Positions 1 to 17,700 of a stretch of 64,000 nt of DNA are shown piece by piece; position 1 is the stretch's first letter; every line of letters begins with the position of its first letter. This DNA is from Chrysomallon squamiferum (taxonomy: Eukaryota; Animalia; Mollusca). Position numbers and translations under genes: made by a program. The notes below the pieces were generated by a model. It was given only the letters and a program-made list of their open reading frames with translations. It did no database searches and had not been told where the DNA came from. The DNA lies in assembly GCA_012295275.1 (NCBI GenBank), contig CM022679.1:7192001-7256000 (forward strand). Direction: 5' to 3'.

Positions 1-383
1 TGTAAATATTTTTTTAGATATCCTGCACTTATTCATCCATACATTTTATTTCACAATTACTTAATTACAAGAATAAAAAAATAATTAAAAAAACAATATT
101 CACCAAATTAATCAAAAATTATTTGTTATTATATTATAACAAATTACTGAAAAAATGTACAGTTATACATAGAATAAAAGATATATATGACTGCCAAAAT
201 GATTTTATTTCTACTGTATCACTTTAAACTGTATTAAAACTATTTTCAAACAACATTAAGAAACTTTTTTCAGACTGTTTACAACATAAAATGTCTATCA
301 TGTATTACAAATTTATATGTTTCAGACCATCTTGCTCTAAATCAAACATTAATTTCTGGAGCCACTTGTGTATAAATACATAC

Positions 384-817
384 CACATGAAATGGCCTCA
401 GCTGCCCAGTGAAGTGAAAACCTGGCCAGGGATTGTACACACCAGACTTTTCATTTTCTGCTGCTTCTTAAAGACAAAATATTAAACAACAGGTAACAAA
501 CAGGTAAAAATAACAGTTCAATTTTGTTTTAAAGTATTCTTTAACTTGTATAAACATCTTTTTGATTTATGAATAAAATTTAAACAATTGTGTGAGGCTG
601 AAAATACATTTTAAAGTAATTACATTATTTATTCATGAAAATTAACAAAAAGAAAATAACAAAAAAGAAAAAGAAAAAATAATGGTTATTTTGCATATGG
701 TAATATTTAAATGTAAGTTAACTGCACAATATCAAATAATATTTTTTTACAGTGATCTTAAAACATTTTAGAGTAATATTTAATTTTTGATTCTGCAATT
801 AAATTAATTAATGATCT

Positions 818-877
<60 letters not shown>

Positions 878-1827
878 CTTACTTGCTTTCTTGTGGACCT
901 TTTTATGTTCATTCCAGGAACCCTTGAAGCAATCCTGAAATCAATCAAAACAATTTAGCTTTGATCCTGTTTTCAATCCAACATATTTATATGAATTTTA
1001 AAGTATATCTTTGATTATATATTTTATATTTGTTTTCAACAAACAAAAGAAGTAATTAACACAAATATTATATGGTGATGATACTTCTATAGTAGTAAGG
1101 CAAACATTCCGGATGACAAGCACTGTTTATATTCATAAAGAATTGTTTGAATGAATAAAATTTCTTTAACAGCTGAGCTTAACATATTTTAATAATAATA
1201 ATTTTTCCAGGTAAGACATACATGTTTGGTAAAATAGTGATATGAGAAGAAATCAGAATCGCCACCTGATTAACTGAAAACTTCAGAAAGAAAAGTTTAA
1301 TGTCTTATTTGGAACTGCAAAACTCAAAATGTAGTGCAAAATAACCATTAAAATAATAATAATAATAAATAAATAAATATAAAATCTATGAACAGAGCTG
1401 TATATAATCTTACGTAATTCTTCGGGATTACGTCAGATCAATAGAACAATAATAAATGTTATAATTAATACATTAAAATAATAATAATAATAATAAAACA
1501 GTTTTATGTAAATGTTCTCGTATAAATGAGATAGCTGAAGTGAGCTTGACATGAAATAATGTACGACATAACTGGCAGAGCATATCTTAATGAGTTACTC
1601 TGACTCTCGTTACTTGATCGTAGTTGAACTTGACCTGCGATCGGTACAGTAATTATAAGAAAAAGCTCTAAATCATTAAAAAGTTTGTATTTATTTTAAT
1701 ATACCTGTGAACAGAAAAAAGAGCCTGATATACCCAGTTTTATACATGTTGGACACTGAAGTTTTGCTTCACTGTTACAAGCAGGAGTTTCACACACTCT
1801 GGATGCCATGACACTGGCCGCAGCCAT
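384..1827 (-). CDS. METAP1: Methionine aminopeptidase 1, first three coding exons (gene continues off the left edge)
   Basis: Exons 1827-1705, 934-883 and 466-384 have GT/AG ends and consistent phases. They give [41 protein letters not shown]|[17 protein letters not shown]|[28 protein letters not shown], the METAP1 N-terminal zinc finger plus linker (vertebrate [49 protein letters not shown]). Confidence 0.95.
819..875. repeat. (AAT)n microsatellite in METAP1 intron 2
   Basis: Pure TAA/AAT run seen directly. Similar runs occur near 10670, 10880, 18300 and 20080. Confidence 0.95.
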
Positions 1828-2166
1828 TTTATTTTTAGCAAGCGTTTAGAGTTCTCTGTCCTTAACTTGTGGTCTCAAACAATATAAATACAATTTCAAT
1901 GTGCTCTATATAAAAAAATTGTAATACCCCCCCAACTTCATAATGTTATTGTTATATTTTGAACACTAATAGTAATCTGATGTATAATATTTGTTCAAAC
2001 AAGTTCTGCAATAAAACAAATTTATTTTTAAATATTTCACGTTGCTTGTGTTTTCATTTCGGTTCTTACCGCTACCGCTTAGATCCTAAGAGTTCACGCC
2101 TCTGCATCAGAACTTGAAATTGAACTTAACAACTTAAGTTTTCCAATTCATGTTAAAACTGTAAAG
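1828..2166. promoter_or_regulatory. Bidirectional promoter and 5' UTRs shared by METAP1 and ADH5
   Basis: Only 339 bp separate the divergent start codons (1827 on -, 2167 on +), and CpGs are locally retained. Transcription starts cannot be determined from sequence. Confidence 0.7.
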
Positions 2167-7081
<4,915 letters not shown>

Positions 7082-8360
7082 TGATGTCACTGCCTGACAC
7101 GAGTGGCTGCAGTCTAATCTGCTTAAAGCTTTTTGAACTGCATAGGCACTGAAGCTTCTTGTACGGTTTAAAGTTTAATCTGATTTAAAGTGACTGCTGA
7201 CAGTCTAGTAATAAACAGTATTTAATCATCTTAATGGAAATTGTTCAATGTCATTTATACCAGATTTTAAGTTTGACACTGCACACAAAAACTGCTCTAA
7301 GAAATATGAAAATTGTGGAGCATTTTTAAAATACTTGAAGAAAATGTTTTTTGTAGAAATTTAAAATATCCATTTGTTATCAGATTGCTGAGCTAGATTA
7401 AATGGACATTTTTTTTTTATGCTCACTTCACATGCCAAGTATTTTTCACTAATGTGTACTGAATTGCCTCATTTAAATATCTTTACCTCTAGTAGGATCA
7501 TTTCAACCCAAGTGCTACTCAGAATTCATTTGCTGATACTGTTCACTGTTCCTGCAGTGGTCATGTGACAGTTAGTCATAGGTGAAAGTCACGTTTCAAT
7601 AATGGTTATCTTGCAAACTGCAGTAAAATGATTTAGCTTAATATTTATTTTATCTTTAGATATCTTAAATCAATTGTAACCAACTACTTCCAAGAAAACA
7701 TACTTGGTGCTGCTACCCTAAATACCCAATAAAAAGGTAATGTGCAAACTCACCTTGAATAACCTTGCACTTAAGATTGAGGTAAAAAATAATTAAAATG
7801 GAAATGACAACAATAAAGTTACTGGCACAATTATGGTCTTTAATTACAATTTTGTTCACTAACACTGTATTATTTACAATCTAGGTCTAAGTTGTAACAG
7901 GTTACAAAAAACATTTTAAAAATTTACAGTGTAAGCAAAATAAAACAAGCACTGTTACAATGCAAATACAGCACTCACTACAAAATGTACAATTGTAAAA
8001 TATTTAGACTTAAATATAAATTATATTGCAGGGATTTTTTATTTTATTTTAGCCACTGAAATTTATTATAATTTTTATTTAAACCTATTTGTGTTGAAAG
8101 TGTGTGTTTGGATAAACATGGCCAACATTTTAATTACATCTATACTGATTTGGATACAAAAATGAATATGGTATTGTATTCAAAAGCAGCAACATTTTTA
8201 TATATACAGATATATATGTAAAAAGTTTCTGTACAACTATTTTTAACATTTAAGTTTTGAAAAACAAACCGGTTTTTAATAATGTGTTTTTTTTACACAA
8301 GTTATGATTAACATGAATGCATCCCCTCCTTCCTTCCCCAAATGAAAATGTCATGAATTT

Positions 8361-9427
8361 TTAACTCCTTTTTTTAGCACTATACACTTCATTCATCAAG
8401 TCTTTCATGTACTGAATTTCTCTCTGCAACTGATCCACTTTATCTTTTAATGTCTTGTTTTTGTCTTCCAGCTGTTTCTCCTCCTCTCTGATTGTCTCAG
8501 ATTCAGCCTTTTTCTTCATGCGATAACGAATTGCAGCATTTTTATTTTGAATTTTCTTTTTTTCTTTCTTTGATAAAAACTCAATGTTAATGTCACATGA
8601 ACTAGAAACGGTTTTCACTTTTGGCCGACATGAACGGCCACCAGAATTTTTAGCCCGAGTTTGCGAAAGTGGAATATCACTTGTTAACAATTTTTCTAGA
8701 TCTGAGATAGGTTTAGGAGCTGGTGATGGAGGCCTTGTTGAGTCAGGAGAAGATGGTTCAGAACTTGAAAGCAGACTCTCCACATCTTCTGCAGATAAAG
8801 GTGACCCTAAAACTCCATAATCACTTTCCATCGGAATGTCCGATGAAGAACCGATACAGATAACTGGGACGACATTGGCTTCTGGAGATGCAACAGTCTC
8901 CTCATCTGTAGATGGTGGGCTTGAAGTTGGCTGTTCATGTTCTAAAATTTCAGCAAACAAATTTGCTTCATCCTTCATTAACTGTTCAACCGTTTCTGGT
9001 TCTGCAGCAATACTTTCAAAAACTTGGCAAAACCGTCTTCCATCCACTGCTGACTGAATGGATCTGTAAACAAAATATATGTTTGATAATTTGTACAGTA
9101 CATTTAGCAGAAATGCTAAAAAAATTGATTCTTAATACACAAAATATTCAATTTTATGGAATTTCAGATTTTACTCAAAATGATACCTTGCTGTACCACA
9201 ATTGTAAGACATTTGATATCAGAGCACAACTTCTGTTATAATTTACCTTCTGGCCGATCATCTCGCGAAACATGCTCAGTAACACCTGGAGTTGGGGAGC
9301 TTTGTTTCACCGGCTCGGTCTGCCCGAGTGATTTCCATGGATCATCGAACAGGGTCAGTCCTAATGCCTGGTCCAGCTGCCAGTCGGACGCCATGTCTCC
9401 AAGTAAATCTTCCATTTCCATTGCCAT
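8361..9427 (-). CDS. ATF4: bZIP transcription factor ATF4 / CREB2 (two coding exons, 9427-9247 and 9063-8361; frame discontinuity near 9020)
   Basis: C-terminal bZIP KKIQNKNAAIRYRMKKKAE...L..KN..LK.KV..LQREIQYMKDLM. LGSPLSAEDVES/PSSPD motif and DPFSQQWME motif resemble Aplysia CREB2. Start context AAAATGG at 9427, donor GTAAAT after 9247, acceptor TTTACAG before 9063. Confidence 0.92.
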
Positions 9428-10128
9428 TTTTATCGTCAAGGGAGTAAAACAGGTCAAATTGCGATTCTTTGTGGTCAGTAGGCTTTACTGTAGCCAATGC
9501 AAGTAGCAGAACGACATTATGTTGAGGACTGAAATATAAATGTCAATAAATTGATAATAAGCCAGACATCATTTAATTTTACTAATATATATATATATAT
9601 CTAAATGATACCGATGGAAACTAAACTTCTGATGAACCAGAAACTTTAATGAAAACTTCGAATTAAATGATTAAGAAAAAGAAAAGATATAATATAATAT
9701 AATATAATATAATATAAATAAAAATAAAATAATATAATAAAATAAAATAAAAAAAATAAAATAAAAGTCAACCGATTTGAAGGACAGAACATACAATTTC
9801 ATGAATCAAGTTATATGATTCGAGTTATAGTTAATTTTAAAATTAACTATTACCCAAAGTTAAATATTAAACATATCTTCGTGTGTGTGTGTGTGTGGGG
9901 GAGAAATCATGGTATATTAACATATTCTAAACAGTGCTGTCAGTATCACCATGTGACAAAAATATGCTGTCGTAAAATGCGTTGAAACAACAAATTTCGT
10001 AGTAAACTATTTTTTTTTTAAATGTATTAAATCAATATATTAATTATATAAATTACTATTATAATTATACTTACGCCATAGTGCAATTTCTTGCACGGAG
10101 GTGCTGGTGGTGCCAATTAAGCTGCCAT
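9342..10128 (-). promoter_or_regulatory. ATF4 5' leader uORFs: uORF1 (MAA*, 10128-10117) and spliced uORF2 (10079-10075 joined to 9528-9342, 63 aa) overlapping the main ORF out of frame
   Basis: GAAG-ATG GCA GCT TAA is followed by ATG GC|gtaagt ... tttcag|T CCT CAA..., which stays open to TGA at 9344-9342, 86 nt into the ATF4 ORF. This matches the known eIF2alpha-P-dependent delayed-reinitiation layout. Confidence 0.85.
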
Positions 10129-10419
10129 CTTCGCCACCGAAATGATGAACGTGTTGTCTTTGTGAGATATCCGCAAATAGTGCGAGCTGAACCTGTGGGA
10201 GAATGTTCTCTCACAATTTCGGATATTACTACACCGTTATTTAACACAAAATTCAGATATTAAAGATAATTCTGAAAATTGGAATAATTATCACATTGAA
10301 ATATAACCACATATATTGTAACATATTTTTATTTTTATTATATTATTTGTAATATGTTGAAATTATACATGTGAACTATGTACTTTATCGTATTAATCTT
10401 TAGAAAATGTGTAAACCGG

Positions 10420-10520
10420 CAGAAGTTGCATCAGAAAATACGGGCGTTTTGCCAAGTCACGAGACATTTACGTACATTACTTTGACGTTCGTGACAAGGT
10501 TGAATTTCTATTGGTTCTAC
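10420..10520. promoter_or_regulatory. ATF4 upstream motif cluster (C/EBP-ATF composite site, CRE-like cores, CCAAT box)
   Basis: TGATGCAAC on - at 10433-10425, TTACGTAC at 10468-10475, TGACGT at 10483-10488, CCAAT on - at 10514-10510, all in a CpG-retaining patch. Motif matches only. Confidence 0.5.
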
Positions 10521-10669
10521 GGGACAGCGCCCAGTGCAATGACCTCTACGCAAAGGATAGAACGTGAATGAGTTGTAGGCACTATGAATTACAGTTCAGG
10601 GATTTGTAAAAAAAAAAAAATCAGAAATAATTATACCTGCGTATCACATAATGACTCCTAAATCTACTC

Positions 10670-10720
<51 letters not shown>

Positions 10721-10879
10721 TAATAAATGAAAAATATAACAGATCTGACAAATTAACAAGATTTTAGAATTTTTTTAAAATAGTATTATCTCTAGTTAGT
10801 AGTTGTATTTCGAAATAAAATAAAATAGAACGTTTTAGCTAAATATCTTTTAAAAGCCATTATGATTTTATGTTTGAGA

Positions 10880-10930
<51 letters not shown>

Positions 10931-12916
10931 GCGATGCTTAAAGAAAATCCTCACTGATTTGATTAACGACAAACTTTACATATTGTCTTTCAAGGTGTCT
11001 TTTTTGATGGTCGACTTTTCATACCTTTGATACGTCTGCGAACGTGACAAAGTGAAACTAAGTTTAACACCACCAAAATGCGGAAAATACTGGTCTGGTT
11101 ATAAAAGTCGAACACAAACATCTTTCAAGGTGTCGAAAAAGCATAATTAAACTAGAAATTATTGAAAATCGTGGCAAAAATTTAATAATGGTACTAGACA
11201 TAAAGATGAAAATAAATTAAGAAAAAAAAATAATAATAAAGAGGGAGAAATAAATCTAGCTACATTTGGTGTTAAAATTGTCGTCATTTTAGTTGAATGC
11301 GAACGGATAAACCTTGACTTTGAAATACGTTTACAAATTAACGTGTTCTTTGTGTGTGTGTGTGTGTTTTGTTTTTGTTTATATATATCTATACACACAT
11401 AACAACAACAATAACAACGGTGAAACAAATAAGTGCACATTCACAAAAATAAAAATTACTTTATTTCCATACATATAATTTATTACAATTAAAACATATA
11501 TATATATATATATTTCTTTGTTATTTTTTAAAAAAAAGCTCTTTACTGTAAACAAGTTTCAGGAATGTACATTACTTATTTTACGATTTAACTGATCAAA
11601 TGGTAGATTATAAAAACAAAGATTATCCATTATATATTCTATTTCTTTACACATTATGAATTCATGTTAATATTTCAAGGTTTAGAAAATTTATTTGTAT
11701 AGTGTTGAAATAATATAGGCTACAAATTTTAATTAAGTGGCGTTAAATACCAATCTGAATTCAAGATTATTAATAAGAAGCCCCTAGTATCTTGTTTTTT
11801 TTCTGTATGGAAGTGTATATGTCTGTTCTGGTTTCTGCGGAATAGCAAACAATAACTTAAAAACAATAACAATAATAAAAAACTTTAAGACTTCTGTAAT
11901 AGTCAAATTTAAAATGCATATTAAAATATACCTTTTATGAAATTAAATTAACAAAATGATTATAAAGAATTGATTCTCTTTAGCTTAAAGAATCCTGAAT
12001 TGGGGCATATTTAGCAAATAGTTTTGTAGACATAATGTATTTCATTATAGAACACAAAAATATATCCCCAAAATTAGAGGTAAATTTTTGGGATTAACAG
12101 ATATCCATAATAGTTACATTCATTGACAATAATATCCAATGGTAAATAGGCTACACATAACTGAAAATCAAAAACCTTTAAAGGTATAAATAAGTAACAA
12201 ATAAATACTACTGTCCATACTAAACTAAAATCAAGGTAACTATATAAATAAATGCAAAATGTGCTTGTCGTCATAAGGCAATAAATAAGAATATATACCA
12301 AAATGCTTTGATTAATACTGAAAATACATATTATTTTATATATGAACAAACACTAATAAATATTAAAAATGTTATTTAATACAGTGAAATATGATATTAT
12401 GGCATTAATTTATTACTGTCAATAAATATGTGATTGGTAACAAGTAAAAAAGAATTTGTCTTAAATTCTGCCTTGCTTGATGTAATAGTATAAATAATGT
12501 TAAACTGGAAAAAATATATATAAAAATAAAAAAAAAAAAATAAAAACAAAACATTTAACTATCTTACCTCTAATTCAAAAACCAAATATAAAAAAGAACA
12601 TATAAAACAATACCAAAAATGTAGAGACATTTTGTTGTGTTTTAAAACAATTAATTTCATAGTAAGACTATAGCATGAACAGTGATCAGTGGTTTAAAAC
12701 AAAACTGGTTACATCTGTTGCAGTCTGTTAACTGCTGGGTAAGGTTTTCATTAAATCAATAATTCTTGCAACACACACACAAAGTGACAAGCAAAACATG
12801 CATGTACGTAATGACCCATGTCACATTTTAGTGTTAAAATAAATACTACACATGACTTAGCAGTTTTTTTTAACAGTTATTTTTTTGAAGAACCTTTCAC
12901 ACAGAAGTATATTAAT

Positions 12917-13030
12917 AGCCAATACTTTAGTGGTTTGATTTGTACTGTAGACTAATACTTTAGTTACTTAAATTTGTATGGTAGACTTAATACTTTAGTA
13001 GTTTATATTTTATTGCAGCCCAATACTTCA
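12917..13030. repeat. Degenerate minisatellite, unit about 34 bp, about 4 copies
   Basis: AATACTTTAGT...TTTGTA..GTAGAC units recur at regular spacing. Confidence 0.7.
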
Positions 13031-14796
13031 GTCAGTTATTTACATGTAATTTGAATGGTATTCTAATACTTTACTTGTTATGTAGACCACTATTTAAAAA
13101 CAGTTACTGCTGCATGTAGATGTTATGAACTAAGTTTTAAAAATAGCCATAACCTGAGTTTTAACTTAGCTATTGATTTTCATGACGCATTCAAATTTTT
13201 TTAGATTCTTCATTGTCTTGTTTTTTTTTTGGTTGTTAAATGACTTCACAGTAGACTGAACATTTACAAATTGTAACCAAGTCTGCATTGTACATTATAT
13301 GAAGTAATGCAGTTTGTTGTTGTGTCTATATTTGAATGAATGAAGTAAGAAACTATAACTTTCAAATGGAAAAAACAAATAAAAAAAACAAACTAATCAC
13401 ATTTATTAATTTTGTCATTCTTTGGCAGGTTAATTTACACAGCAGCTTTGTAACTTGATAATACTGGTGCAATGACAAGACAGTTTATGGACATTTTTAA
13501 CTCATGCATGTATACCTACATATATATAACCTTGTTCTCAAAAACTTTCAAGTAAATTCTTCCTTTGAATTTAAAAAAAAAAAAAAAAAAACCCCAGTAA
13601 TAAATGAAAAAAATGATAAATATATTTTGTACATTAATTAAAAAACAAAACTTAACAGTTTTTGGAATGTCTGTTGTGAAAATAAAATAGTTAAAGAAAT
13701 TAAAATTACTGAAAAAAATAAAATAATTTTAAAACGTGGTTAAAAAGTACAGACAAAAACGGATACTCAAATAACAATTACTGAGCAGGTTGTTAATTTA
13801 AAATGTGCTTAATGTTACATGGAATGGATGGTATTCATGCTGCTTTAAAACAAAAGTTATTTGTAAGAATAGTTACCCGCCACTACTATAGTTAAATATC
13901 ATTAATAAAACAATGAAAATTAAATTTTCTGGATAGTTTTATGGCTGGAAAGGTAAGATGATATATTTGTTTTTATTTGTATCCCAATATATTATGTCAA
14001 ATACTATGAAATTGTGTCTGTAAAGGTATTCCGAGGTTGAAGGAAGACAAATAATACATAATATTTGATTGTTTTTTTGAAAAAAAATATTCTTCACCTA
14101 TGGATCAATTGTATGTATTGAAAATCCACATTAAAAACAACATATTAAACATTTTATCTAAAATTCAAAATCCCAGCCAGTAATCTGGCTAAAGATCATT
14201 AATTAATGTCTACACACTATAAAATAATGTAACAGTACCCACAAACATGATGAGCACAAAATTAATGCTAAAATCATATCATACTTTCAAAATAAAGTCA
14301 GCTGGGAGACGTTCACGTTATTCTGTAAGGAATGTTATCAGTATGACTGAAGCAATCTTTTCAACAGGAATTGTGTTATGTATAAAAAATGTATAAAAAC
14401 ATAAAACTAATACAGTTGTTTCCAACTGCTGCTGCAGTTAATGGCACTGTTTAATTAACATATCTGTATAATTAGTAATGTTACCGACTCACATCACACC
14501 TGTGCAATTTTTTTTTGTTTTGTCCTGAAATAATCCATAATTATTCCTGCAAAGAAAACTAAACAGATTTTAATACTCATTTATTTGTTTTTCATAAATC
14601 ATAATTTGTTTGGCCAACTTCTTCTTAATTCAAATGTTGACCAATTTTTTCCCCCCAAACTCTTTGTTTTTGGCACCTAACAGTTGCTACTGTGTATATA
14701 GCTATGTATTTCCATCATGTTACTTTTTACACAGAAGATTTTATTGGGGAACTAGTTCTAGAACCAAATGGTCCCAATGTGTTTCTCAATCTCAGA

Positions 14797-17700
14797 TCAA
14801 GTTCCTTCCTGCAAAATGGTTGCTCTCTGCTGCAATGAGTTCACCTGTGATCTCAAAGACTCAATAGTCTCTTCAAGTTCCTACAATGTACAATGTTCAA
14901 AGTAATCAGAAAACATATACTTTATTTTGATCTCACTGTCTTTTCTGTATTGTTATCTATTCATACATACTCATATATATTCATAAAATAAATAATTTTT
15001 AATAATAATAATAACCTTACTTGTGTGCTTTTTATTTGCAAAATGAGATTTGAAAATATTTGATAAATTTATATGTGCTCTGTGCACAAAACTGTGCAAA
15101 CACATGCTACATATAGATATATACATACAAAGAAAATATTTAACTCATAACCATGAACATAGATATACACACATTTACATTAAACCATTAACTCATAAAG
15201 GCAACTCATAACCCATAACATTAACTCATAACTGCAAACAGACATACACACACATATACATATAGATAACATTTAATTCATATCTGTATACATTAACACA
15301 CACTTGTGTTCAGACAGATAGACAAAAAGACATACCTGTCTGACTTCTACAGGTATAAGTCCTCTCAATTTATCTTCATAACTGAGTTTCAGGCGTGTCA
15401 CCTACAAATCAGAGTCAAAGAATATTTTATATACATCAAAATCAAAGTTACATAAGTTAATATACATCAGCCTTTATGTTCCACTACACAGGCAGTTTCT
15501 GTTGTTTAGAAGTTTTCTTACAATCAGTTTGGGTGAACTTGTTTGACAGATTCATATATAATTCTAGTTGTGTAATGTTTTCACTAAATTAAAGTGTACA
15601 TAAGCTGATTTATTTAAAGATTTTGATCAGTTCTGTGTGACAGTGGTAAGCACTGGACAATATCAAATCAACTCAATTTAATTTTAAAGTGTTAATGCAG
15701 ATAAAGATTTTTGTGCTATATTTACTGACAGATATGGATGGCATTCAACTTTAAAGTCACCAGTGTTTTTGTGATTTAAACTGAAACTGCACAATGTAAA
15801 AATCAAAAGAATACTTTTATTTAAAAGGAATATACATGTAATTAATTCCCTCTCCCTTCATGCATTCTATATCCTTTGGAAAATGCTAATAAACATACAA
15901 ATATTGTAATAAGTTACATAATAATTAAAATGACCTTGGCTTCGTGTTCTGATTCTTCTTTCTGTAGCTGTCTTTCCAGACTTCGTGTTCTCTGTCTGTG
16001 GTTGTCCAGTTCTTTCTGCAGGCTCTGCAGTGCAAGTCACACAACAAATATGAAACTAGCTTATACATTTTATAACTGTCTACGTAAAAAGAAATAAAAA
16101 TAAACTAATATGCGTAAAACCTGCAATAGTAATTAATAAATAATGTACTAATATTTATATATATGTAAATTTCCTACTAAATTTCCTATAATTACTGAAT
16201 TAATGATTTTGAAATTTTCCTTTGATTTCCATACTTTACAAAAAATAATCTCTTATATACACATTTCAACCTCTTTCATATACAGAAATGTGTTATAAAT
16301 TCATTACACTGAGATGTAATCCCTGATTTTACTGCAGACTTATGTATTTCTATTTTATAAAATATAAATATTCAACAAAGAAAATTTGAAAACTATTACT
16401 AACTGCAAGAGTTGAGGAATACTGTTTCTTCAAAGCTTTCCTCACTTCCTCAGTCTGACCACTGACATCCGACATCATCCTATCCTTGCTTTCTTGAAGT
16501 CTAACAAAGATAAATTATAATCAAAAATTTCATCTAAATTAAAAAAAACCAAAAACAAATTTGAGCTAATAACAACAACTGCATCCATTTAAAAAAAATT
16601 TTAGTTTCAGACTTTATAAAGAAATTCATTTCACCTTTGTTTCTAAAACACACTTTGAAGTGCAACAACCACAACTGAATTATTAAAAAGGGAATCAAAT
16701 GAAAGTTGGAAAAGTGATGTAGAAAAAACCTGCAGTAAATTCTTAAGAACATGTAACATATTTTTAAAGATAAACATTACATTCTGCAAGTATTAAATAA
16801 AATATAAATATTATTAAAAAAACATGACTACTTCTTTAAAAAACATACCTCTTTTTTTCTTCTTGTAACTGATTTATGGTTGCATGAAGTTCTGCAATTG
16901 TCTTTAAAATAAATATAAAAATAAAACTCAGAGGAATACTGTAATTTCTATAAAATATATAAAAGAACATTTTTAAATATTCATTCTGCTAATTTAAGAG
17001 AAAGAGAAAACAGGCAAACACCTTTTCTACCCCACAAAAACATCTCACAGAAACAGGCAAGAAATAACACAATTTAAAATATTGCATATTATATAATTCC
17101 CCCCTCTAGTTTGCTGTCCTAAGTTGTCATTTTAATGATTTTTCTACGATAAAATTATATTAATATATAAATTAGTGTAAACAAATTTTACTCTTTCTTA
17201 ATAATTACCCATTTTATTATTTTATTACAAGACATTTGTTTTTATTTTAAGCACCATATATACATTTTATTTTATAACATTTATTCTTTTACTGCAGTTT
17301 ATTCCTTCACATTTATTATTATCAGATGTTCCATTATATTTATTTACAAAATATCCCTCAACTTGTATTAATTATAATCTTGTAATATATATGTTCTTTA
17401 ATATTTAATTATTTTAAAATTTACATTCTATTACATTTGTAGTTTATGACAGCAGATTCCTTAACATTTAAGTACAAAGTTACATTCCTTTATCTCCATA
17501 AATGATAAATATATAAATAGCATAAAAAAACAGACATTTCTTGAGAGAAATACCATCTGCTAGGCTTTCTAAAACAATTTATCAGTATTTGTACAGAAGA
17601 AATTAGTTTTTTAAGAATAAAAGAAGTGTTTCTTCAATTTCAAAATGAAAGTATTGTTAGCTATTCTTGGAATTATAGCTTTGTATCAGGTATGCATTAA

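Noticed and set aside
9010-9040. Programmed -1 frameshifting as the main explanation of the ATF4 break
   Set aside because: The heptamer is non-canonical, I see no clear downstream stimulatory structure, and a second indel in CEP112 points to assembly error. Kept only as a minor alternative.
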